A DNA stretch of 42,997 nt from an uncultured Rhodothermales bacterium (GCA_964527795.1 CAZGOS010000003.1:1-42997); one strand, 5' to 3'. Numbered from the stretch's first letter, positions 6,521-13,873 are shown. A program made the numbers and translations. Notes: generated by a model from the sequence alone, not told the origin.

Positions 6521-7861
6521 ATGAAATCATTTCATACAGAAAGAATCCTCTTTGGCGGATTGATATTCGGAATCAGTTTGGCCGGATGCACACTTTCACA
6601 GTCAGAAGTGGACGATACCATTCTGGACGAGCAGTTAATCCAGGTCCTCACAAAGAACGGTGAGCGTACCCTTGCCAATTTCATATTACCGGACAGCGAC
6701 GATTTTTCCTCCATCCCCCAGGATCCGGCAAATCTTCTTACTCTGGACAAAGTAGAGCTGGGTAAGCTACTGTTTCATGAAACCGCACTTGCCACAAATC
6801 CGCGGCACGAGAGCGGAAGGGGAACGTACGCATGCGCGACATGCCATCATGCAGCGGCCGGTTTCCAGGCAGGACGGAAGCAGGCCATAGCCGATGGTGG
6901 TTCCGGCTGGGGTGAGAGAGGTGAAGGACGTACACGGAATGTTGCCTACGAAGTAGAAGATCTGGATATTCAGCCTATCCGGTCTCCTACCATTCTGAAC
7001 ACTGCCTATCAACGAATCACGAAGTGGGACGGCGGTTTCGGCGCACACGGACTGAATGAAGGTACGGAGTCAAGTTGGATTCCCGGCACCGATGCCGCCA
7101 TGAATTGGTTGGGATACGACGGTCTCGAAACACAGGCCATCCGGGGATTGGTTGCCCATCGAATGGGCGATATCGAATCGAGTATCGTAGCCACTCATCC
7201 TACGTACACCGAGCTTTGGGACCGTGCATTTCCAGGTGAGCCTGTTTCGGTTGAAAAAGCGGGATTCGCCATAGCCGCGTACGAACGTACGGTTTTTGCC
7301 AATCAAGCCCCGTTCCAGCGCTGGCTAAGGGGTGAAACCAGCGCCATGTCCCCAGACGAAAAGCGAGGAGCTCTCGTCTTTTTTGGGGATACCGGTTGCG
7401 AGCGCATGTGCCACACCGGCGGCCCTCTCAGTTCAGTAAATTATTATGCTTTGGGAGTGGCGGATATGGAGGGTTCGGACGTTTACGGTGATATTCCTGA
7501 AACGCTGGGTAGAGGAGGTTTTCTTCAGGACCCGGACCAATACTTCATGTTCAAGATTCCACAACTCTACAATCTCAAGGACTCCCCCTATTACGGACAC
7601 GGCGGAATGTTCAGATCCCTTCGGGAGATCGTCGAATATTACAACGAAGCTGTTCCTGCCCGAATCCTTCCTGAAGGGCGCATCAAGAGTACGTTCAAAC
7701 CTCTCGAATTAACGGAGACACAGATTGACAATCTCGTGCTCTTTCTGACGGAATCACTCTACGACCCAAACTTAATGCGCTACGTGCCCGACTCGCTGCC
7801 TTCGGGAAACTGCACGCCGGCAAATGATCCGATTTCTAGAGTTGATCTGGGCTGCGACTGA
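6521..7861 (+). CDS. Dihaem cytochrome c peroxidase / MauG-family lipoprotein
   Basis: Lipobox SLAGC. LGKLLFHETAL...YACATCHHAAAGF is the classic first haem site (nt 6833-6847). FKIPQLYNLKDSPYYGHGGMFRSLREIVEYYN matches the CCP/MauG C-terminal signature. The second haem site reads GCERMCHTGG, which is CX3CH rather than CXXCH (nt 7397-7414). Confidence 0.8.
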   Translation: MKSFHTERILFGGLIFGISLAGCTLSQSEVDDTILDEQLIQVLTKNGERTLANFILPDSDDFSSIPQDPANLLTLDKVELGKLLFHETALATNPRHESGRGTYACATCHHAAAGFQAGRKQAIADGGSGWGERGEGRTRNVAYEVEDLDIQPIRSPTILNTAYQRITKWDGGFGAHGLNEGTESSWIPGTDAAMNWLGYDGLETQAIRGLVAHRMGDIESSIVATHPTYTELWDRAFPGEPVSVEKAGFAIAAYERTVFANQAPFQRWLRGETSAMSPDEKRGALVFFGDTGCERMCHTGGPLSSVNYYALGVADMEGSDVYGDIPETLGRGGFLQDPDQYFMFKIPQLYNLKDSPYYGHGGMFRSLREIVEYYNEAVPARILPEGRIKSTFKPLELTETQIDNLVLFLTESLYDPNLMRYVPDSLPSGNCTPANDPISRVDLGCD

Positions 7862-7968
7862 CGGGACGAAAGCATGAAGTGTTCGAAGGGAAACGTCGAT
7901 CGACTACGAGCACCGTCGAATCATCGCAGCGGATCGGTTTTGCGGTGTCCGAAACGAAATCAGACTGA

Positions 7969-7984
7969 GCCCGGCCTTCCGGGC
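7969..7984 (+). other. GC hairpin GCCCGG-CCTT-CCGGGC between the peroxidase gene and the bd-like operon
   Basis: Perfect 6-bp stem with a 4-nt loop and no following T-run, so at best a weak or partial terminator or an RNA processing element. Confidence 0.25.
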
Positions 7985-8028
7985 GACCGTTGTTCCGGTG
8001 CTCCACGGCTCTGGAGCGAGGCGAGTTG

Positions 8029-9798
8029 ATGGTAGGGCTAAATCACCGTTTCAGGCGATCACGCCTGCTGTGGTTGGCCCTTCTGGCTGCAATCGCCGTC
8101 GTCACACTTCTAGCAGTGCCGACCGAAGCATTTCCGCAGGAAGCCGTACAGGAAATACCCGCCGATCCCGAATACCGCAGGCTTCCCATGATCGGTAGCC
8201 GCGTCGGTATGTGGGTTGTAGGTCAGCTCCATCTGATGTTCGCGGCTTTCGTACTGGCAGTGCCCCTCGTCTCGCTCATCATCGAGATCGTGGGGCATAT
8301 GAAGAAGGAGAAGCGCTATGACGACCTGGCGTACGAATTCATGAAACTGATGTCGGTATCCTTTTCGCTGACGGCATCGCTGGGAGCACTACTGACGATT
8401 ATGCTGGTCGTGCTGTATCCGAGACTAACGACCTACCTCGTCTCGATCTTTAGCTGGACCTTTTTCCCGTATGCCCTTCTCTTTTTCCTCGAAGCTGTTT
8501 TTCTCTACAGTTATTACTACGGCTGGGGAAAGTTTTCGCCTCGGGTACACATCGCACTCGGAATTGGCCTCAACCTCACCGGGTTGTCCATCATGTTCAT
8601 CGCGAACGCCTGGCTGACGTTCATGAATACGCCCGGCGGCATCTCCGAGACAGGGGCGCTCGTGAACCTGTGGGATGCTATTAATAACTATACCTGGATG
8701 CCCATCAACATCCACCGAACAATTGCCAACGTTGCTTTTGGCGGTTCGATTGCGGCTGCGTACGGCGCATACAAGTATCTCGGCGCCAAAACGCCGGAGG
8801 CCCGCGCCCACTACGACTGGATGGCGTACGTAAGTATTCTCATCGCCATCATTGCCCTCATCCCTCTTCCTTTCGCCGGATATTTACTCGGGAAAGAGAT
8901 CTATGCGTTCTCCCAGTCGCTCGGAATAGCCACCATGGGAGGGACTTTCTCCTGGATCTTCATCATCCAGGGCGTCCTTGTGGGCAACCTGTTTCTGGCT
9001 GCCAACTACTACCTCTGGGTCAGCATGGACCGAATCGAAGGCGCAGAGCGGTATCGGAAATTCATCAAATACCTGCTCGCTTCGATCGCGGTCACGTACA
9101 TCGTCTGGGCGACGCCTCACTCGCTCGTTGCGACGGTTGAAGAAGCGAGGCGGATGGGTGGAGCCAACCATCCGATGCTGAACGTGCTGGGCGTGATGTC
9201 GGCTAAGAATACGGCCGTCAATGTGCTCATCCTGACGACGTTCGTGAGCTTTCTCCTTCACCGACGCAGCGACAAGGAGGCCACCGTGTCATGGGCGCGC
9301 ACCGGTAAGCGCGTCCAGCTTTGGATATTCATCGTGACGACGGTCTTCGTTGTTTTTCTGGGAGTGTACGGGTACTTCGTAGAAGCGCGCGTTCGAATCG
9401 CCTTCTCGATTCCACAGGTCCTGTCGGTCCTCCTGGCAATGATATCGGTAACGGTAATCGACATCTATCTGTTCAGAAACGCCAGGAAGCGCGGTTCGAT
9501 TCGATGGGGCGAAATGCCGGCCCGGGCGCATTACGTTCTTTTCTTTCTGGCCGTCACCTATGCCTGGACGATGGGCATCATGGGATACGTGCGCGGGGCG
9601 ATGCGGCAGCACTGGCACGTGTACGGGGTGATGGCGGATACGTCTCCGGACGCATTCACGCCTTCGATCGGATATGCGTCGGTCGTCACGTCGGTGACGG
9701 TTTTCATCTTCTTCGTCTTCATCGTATTCGTATTCTGGTTGGCGGGTCTCACCGGGCGAAAACCCTGGGAGTCTACCGAGGAGGAGTCAACGGCATGA
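8029..9798 (+). CDS. Cytochrome bd-like oxidase subunit (CydA homologue lacking the Q-loop; extended C-terminal TM region)
   Basis: CydA signatures by eye: a TM1 His (VGQLHLMFAAFVLAVPL), LFFLEAVFLYSYYYGWGK (compare E. coli FFLESTF..FGW), ANAWLTFMNTPGG (compare ANGWMQNPVG), and a TM5 His (NIHRTIANVAFGG). The segment where the quinol-binding Q-loop sits in CydA is only a few residues long (YLGAKTPEARAHYDW). Several extra TM helices follow and no cydB-like gene is present. GAGG lies 8 nt before the ATG at 8029; the longest ORF starts at a TTG at 7990. Confidence 0.75.
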   Translation: MVGLNHRFRRSRLLWLALLAAIAVVTLLAVPTEAFPQEAVQEIPADPEYRRLPMIGSRVGMWVVGQLHLMFAAFVLAVPLVSLIIEIVGHMKKEKRYDDLAYEFMKLMSVSFSLTASLGALLTIMLVVLYPRLTTYLVSIFSWTFFPYALLFFLEAVFLYSYYYGWGKFSPRVHIALGIGLNLTGLSIMFIANAWLTFMNTPGGISETGALVNLWDAINNYTWMPINIHRTIANVAFGGSIAAAYGAYKYLGAKTPEARAHYDWMAYVSILIAIIALIPLPFAGYLLGKEIYAFSQSLGIATMGGTFSWIFIIQGVLVGNLFLAANYYLWVSMDRIEGAERYRKFIKYLLASIAVTYIVWATPHSLVATVEEARRMGGANHPMLNVLGVMSAKNTAVNVLILTTFVSFLLHRRSDKEATVSWARTGKRVQLWIFIVTTVFVVFLGVYGYFVEARVRIAFSIPQVLSVLLAMISVTVIDIYLFRNARKRGSIRWGEMPARAHYVLFFLAVTYAWTMGIMGYVRGAMRQHWHVYGVMADTSPDAFTPSIGYASVVTSVTVFIFFVFIVFVFWLAGLTGRKPWESTEEESTA

Positions 9799-10652
9799 AG
9801 CTCAGCGTCAGAATTATCGTCTTCGTGACTCTTTCGATCGGATTTTACATGTATATAGGCCTGATTGTCCCGCAGACAACGATCTACCCTCCAGAGACTG
9901 CCGATCTTCGTAGTGATCTCACACCGGCAGAGCTGGCCGCAGCGGGAGAGGATATCGTCGCCGGAAAAGGCACCTGTCTGGTCTGTCATGCAATCGGAAA
10001 GCTCGAAGCCGCGCTACGCTATCCCGATCTCGGAAACATAGGTTCCGTCGCGGCATCCCGAGTCGACAGCCTCTCGGATGTGGCCTATCTCGCCCAATCG
10101 CTCTACGAGCCGGACTTATTCATCGTCGAGGGTTTCCTGCCCGGAATGCCTCCAGTCGATCGCCCCCCCATAGGTTTAACGGACGGCGAGATTCTGGCGG
10201 TAATCGCCTACATGCAGAATCTCGGCGGAGAGCCTTCGGTAACGCTGCAGACAAGGCTGCATTACCAGTCTGATTCGGTTCAGGTTGTCTTGCCGGAAGC
10301 GTCAACGTCTCAAGAAGAGATCACCAGAAGCCGAACGCCCCAACCGACGGGACCGAGAGGATCTCGCCTGTTCGTAAACTACTTCTGCACCACGTGCCAC
10401 CTGGTTGACGCTCCGAATCCAATCGATCCGGAAACGCCGCCCCTCAGAGGACCAAGCCTGTACGATGTCGGTTCCCGGCTATCCAGAGCGGCACTTTATG
10501 AGGCGATACTGGAACCGAACCTCAATCTCTCGGAGGGATACGAGGCCGATATAATGACTTCCACGCTCATTCCGAGTGGATTCTACGACGAACTGACTCC
10601 GGTTGAACTGCGCGCTCTTGTCGATTATTTGGCAACACTCACGGGTGGCTAA
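9795..10652 (+). CDS. Membrane-anchored dihaem cytochrome c
   Basis: The ATG overlaps the upstream stop (ATGA) and GAGGAGGAG lies 8-9 nt upstream. There is an N-terminal TM helix (IIVFVTLSIGFYMYIGLIV) and two CxxCH motifs (CLVCH, CTTCH). The 443-aa track ORF starting at 9321 is an out-of-frame extension through the upstream gene. Confidence 0.8.
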   Translation: MKLSVRIIVFVTLSIGFYMYIGLIVPQTTIYPPETADLRSDLTPAELAAAGEDIVAGKGTCLVCHAIGKLEAALRYPDLGNIGSVAASRVDSLSDVAYLAQSLYEPDLFIVEGFLPGMPPVDRPPIGLTDGEILAVIAYMQNLGGEPSVTLQTRLHYQSDSVQVVLPEASTSQEEITRSRTPQPTGPRGSRLFVNYFCTTCHLVDAPNPIDPETPPLRGPSLYDVGSRLSRAALYEAILEPNLNLSEGYEADIMTSTLIPSGFYDELTPVELRALVDYLATLTGG

Positions 10653-11465
10653 GTGAATCTTTTCATCATTCTCGGGATCGTTGGCGGCCTGATCGCGCTC
10701 AGATTCTTAAAGCCGAACCCTTTGTTGAGGGCTCTGGTCTGGTTGCTCGCCAGCTATCTGGGCCTTCGTTTCGCACCGGATCCACCGTTGCCGTCGACGA
10801 TCGTTTCGATGTTCATGGCCATCATCGCGCTGTGCCTGCTCGCCTATCTGACAGCAACGAAGGAGCGAATGCAGGATGCTGTGAGTCGGATCTCTGTTTT
10901 TCTTCTCGATCGGCGATTTGTCATTCCTCTGGTACTGCTGCTCATCGGGCTGCCCGTCCTGGTCGCAACACGAGTATATGTTAATGCCACGAGCGATCCT
11001 TCACCGCCGATTTCGGTCAGGACCGTGCATCCGCCTCCTCCAACTTCGATCTCCTTCAGGGATACGGAGATTGACCTCATCGCTGGGGATAATCCGTACC
11101 GTGAACTGGAAACGAGCAATCCCGAGGCATTTCAAGACCACCTCGAAAACGGACTTCGGGTCTATTACGAAAACTGTCTGCTTTGTCACGGATCCGAACT
11201 CAATGGGGACGGCCTCTTCGCCCACGGGCTGGATCCTATCCCGACAAATTTCAGAGATGCAACAACGATAGCCATACTGCAGGAGTCCTACCTTTTTTGG
11301 CGTATTGCCAAAGGCGCGCCGGGTCTTCCCGACGAGTCAACACCCTGGTCTTCGTCCATGCCGGCATGGGAGCCGTTCCTGTCCGCGGAAGAAATCTGGG
11401 ACGTCATACTCTTCCTCTACGATTACACCGGCCAGAGGCCGCGAGCCGTGGTGATCCCAAAATGA
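10653..11465 (+). CDS. Polytopic (~3-4 TM) monohaem cytochrome c
   Basis: The GTG start directly abuts the upstream TAA. Hydrophobic helices sit in the N-terminal 110 aa. The C-terminal class-I cytochrome c domain reads YYENCLLCHGSELNGDG...SSMPAWEPFLSAEEIWDVILFLYDY (CcoP/ActE-like flavour). Confidence 0.75.
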   Translation: MNLFIILGIVGGLIALRFLKPNPLLRALVWLLASYLGLRFAPDPPLPSTIVSMFMAIIALCLLAYLTATKERMQDAVSRISVFLLDRRFVIPLVLLLIGLPVLVATRVYVNATSDPSPPISVRTVHPPPPTSISFRDTEIDLIAGDNPYRELETSNPEAFQDHLENGLRVYYENCLLCHGSELNGDGLFAHGLDPIPTNFRDATTIAILQESYLFWRIAKGAPGLPDESTPWSSSMPAWEPFLSAEEIWDVILFLYDYTGQRPRAVVIPK

Positions 11466-13420
11466 GAGCGCTACTCCTGTCGATCGGTCTGGCCGCGCAC
11501 GTCTTCTCAGCAGACGCGCAGGATATCGATCTGGGTACGGACACCCAGCGCGGATCCGGCCGGCTGCTCTACGAGATAAAATGTGCGCAGTGCCACGGTG
11601 TCAAGGGAGACGGGGTGTCTCCGGGAAGTCCGTATCTCAGGCCCGGGCCCCGGGATTTCACGTCCGGGATCTACAAATTCAGGACGACGGAAAATGGAGA
11701 GATCCCTTCGGATGAGGATATCAAGCGCAGTATCCGAAACGGAATGCCGTATACGAGCATGCCGGCGTGGCCGTCGCTCAGCGACGATGACGTCACGAAC
11801 CTGATGTACTACCTGAAGACGTTCTCAGAGGACTTTATCTACTTCGGAGACGCGGTTTCCTTCGAAATTCCAGATCCCCCTGAAATCACTGCAGAGTCCC
11901 TCGCACGCGGCCGGGACGTTTACGTAGAGAATCAGTGTACCGACTGCCACGGAAACCACGGCCGAAGCAACGGAATATCGTCCCCAACGCTAAAGGACAT
12001 GTGGAATTCGCCCATCAGGGCGACAGATATGACCATGCGATGGACGTATCGAGGCGGTACGTCGCGGAAGGACATCTACAGGACGTTCACAGCCGGGATA
12101 GACGGAACTCCCATGCCTGCCTACAAGATCGAACCGCTGGAAGATCGATGGCACCTCGTGAACTACGTGGCATCACTTTCCGAGGTTGAGTCCGACTATG
12201 GCACGGTGGTCAGGGCGGTTCGGGTCCCCGACACGCCCGGCGATGCACTCTCTCCGGCGATGTTCAGGAGCGCTCCTCCCACGATGTTTCCTGTGGTGGC
12301 GCAACTCATCGAGCCCGGGCGTTCCTTTTTTCCAGCTGCTACAGCCATCGAAGTCCGGGCCGTCGTAACGGGTGAACACGTCGCCGTGATGCTCCAGTGG
12401 AATGACATGAGCGCTCAGGTTACCGGTTGGAACGATCCGAAGATCGACGTACCGCTGTGGCTGGAAGATTCGGACACAACTGAGGTCTTTTCAGATGCAG
12501 TCGCCGTGCAGTTTCCGTCGAGTACCGAATCGGGCCTGCAGAAGCCCTATTTCCTGTTCGGGGATATCAAACGGCCCACGGACATCTGGTTCGCGGATCT
12601 CTCGGAAACGGAGCCGTGGCACTACATAGGACGAGGAACCGGGTTGTTGCAGATCGGAAGCACGCCCCTTGACATGTGGTCCAGGTGGGACGACGGACAG
12701 TGGACGGTCATATTCCGCCGGGCGCGCATCGAGATGGACCACGCCGCTTTTGAAGAAGGTCGATTCGTCCCCATAGCCTTCTCCGTATGGGATGGATTCA
12801 GTCGGGAGAGAGGCAACCGGAGGGGCGTCACGTCGTGGTATAATCTGTACGTGCAGCGGGCAGACGACGGATCTCCAATTCCGAGCATGCTCATCCTGGG
12901 TCTACTGACGCTGATGGCCGGTGTCGTCGCTGCGATCCGTCTTCAGTGGAAATTTCTGGGTGACGATTCACGCGGCAACGTATTGAGAGAGAACGAATAC
13001 CTGTTGCGCAAATGTCCAATTAGCCGGCCTCTGAAAAGAATAATCCGTCGCGAGGGCCTGACTATCGGTATCAAGGACTATCGAAAGCTGAGAGAAACGC
13101 AGCCCGACACATATAATTTCTCACCTGATGAGCTGATCAAAATCAGCGACTCATACCTCCGCGCGGGCAACGTCGATGCAGCCCTCGCTTTTCTGCACCT
13201 TAACCTCGAAACACACCCACACGATGTCCCGGCGCTGGATCACGTCGGACATGCCTACATGCAGGCCGGGAAACCGGACCAGGCCACCGCTTTTTATGAG
13301 AAATCAGCCGCGCTGAACCCGGAAAGATCGATGGGTAGGCTTATTCTGGAAGCGCGCAGACGTGGAGATCGGAACAGCAAACGTATAGTGATTTCCCCTA
13401 TACATTACCGGGCAGTATAG
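11462..13420 (+). CDS. Dihaem cytochrome c + EB_dh/DOMON-type (ethylbenzene dehydrogenase gamma-like) domain + TM helix + TPR tail
   Basis: The ATG overlaps the upstream stop (ATGA) and is followed by the signal peptide MRALLLSIGLAAHVFSADAQ. Haem motifs are CAQCH and CTDCH. The middle region (EVRAVVTGEHVAVMLQWND..., AVAVQFPS..., KPYFLFGD..., DIWFADLS, GQWTVIFRRA, FSVWDGFSRERGNRRGVTSWYNLYV) reads as an EB_dh-type domain. A single TM follows (MLILGLLTLMAGVVAAI), then a TPR-like tail (YLRAGNVDAALAFLHLNLETHPHD...YMQAGKPDQATAFYEKSAALNP). The track ORF start at 11183 is an artefactual extension. Confidence 0.7.
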   Translation: MRALLLSIGLAAHVFSADAQDIDLGTDTQRGSGRLLYEIKCAQCHGVKGDGVSPGSPYLRPGPRDFTSGIYKFRTTENGEIPSDEDIKRSIRNGMPYTSMPAWPSLSDDDVTNLMYYLKTFSEDFIYFGDAVSFEIPDPPEITAESLARGRDVYVENQCTDCHGNHGRSNGISSPTLKDMWNSPIRATDMTMRWTYRGGTSRKDIYRTFTAGIDGTPMPAYKIEPLEDRWHLVNYVASLSEVESDYGTVVRAVRVPDTPGDALSPAMFRSAPPTMFPVVAQLIEPGRSFFPAATAIEVRAVVTGEHVAVMLQWNDMSAQVTGWNDPKIDVPLWLEDSDTTEVFSDAVAVQFPSSTESGLQKPYFLFGDIKRPTDIWFADLSETEPWHYIGRGTGLLQIGSTPLDMWSRWDDGQWTVIFRRARIEMDHAAFEEGRFVPIAFSVWDGFSRERGNRRGVTSWYNLYVQRADDGSPIPSMLILGLLTLMAGVVAAIRLQWKFLGDDSRGNVLRENEYLLRKCPISRPLKRIIRREGLTIGIKDYRKLRETQPDTYNFSPDELIKISDSYLRAGNVDAALAFLHLNLETHPHDVPALDHVGHAYMQAGKPDQATAFYEKSAALNPERSMGRLILEARRRGDRNSKRIVISPIHYRAV

Positions 13421-13474
13421 TCGTACAATTTCAACCGCTTATTTAATTCCTGTAAGAATGAAGGGAGAAAGAAC

Positions 13475-13873
13475 ATGGCTTTAGAATGGAAGGATGAATT
13501 CGACTGTGGTGTGGCAGAGGTAAACGAACAACACCAACAGCTGGTTGGGCTACTCAATTCTTTGGAGCAAATGATTGCTGATGGGATTGAGAGTGGTCCT
13601 AAGGTGGACAGTCTGCTCAGCTCGCTGGCGTCTGATGCAGTGGCGCATTTCTCGTTTGAGGAAGGGTGCATGGCGCGCTACAATTGTCCGGCAGCCCGGT
13701 TAAACAAGGAAGCACACGCCCAATTTTTGGAGATCTTCGGGGATTTCCAGCGCGAAATTGAGGAAAACGGATCGAATGCACCGCTGCTCAAGAGACTACA
13801 CGAGACGGCTGAGGGTTGGATTGTTACACATATACTCAATGTGGATGTCCAGTTGAAACCGTGTGTTCACTGA
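13475..13873 (+). CDS. Bacteriohemerythrin-like protein
   Basis: WKDEFDCGVAEVNEQHQQLVGLLNSL is the hallmark N-terminus. HF..EE, H..F and H....D ligand segments are present. AAGGGAG lies ~9 nt upstream of the ATG, 54 nt after the oxidase operon. Confidence 0.8.
   Translation: MALEWKDEFDCGVAEVNEQHQQLVGLLNSLEQMIADGIESGPKVDSLLSSLASDAVAHFSFEEGCMARYNCPAARLNKEAHAQFLEIFGDFQREIEENGSNAPLLKRLHETAEGWIVTHILNVDVQLKPCVH

Noticed and set aside
9321-9794. N-terminal 158 aa of the 443-aa track ORF (9321-10652), and likewise 11183-11461 of the 745-aa ORF
   Set aside because: These extensions run out of frame through the preceding genes (the CydA-like and membrane cytochrome c genes) and are Arg/Gly-rich nonsense. 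Internal ATGs at 9795 and 11462 have SD-like sites and ATGA overlaps, and each gives a proper TM anchor or signal peptide.
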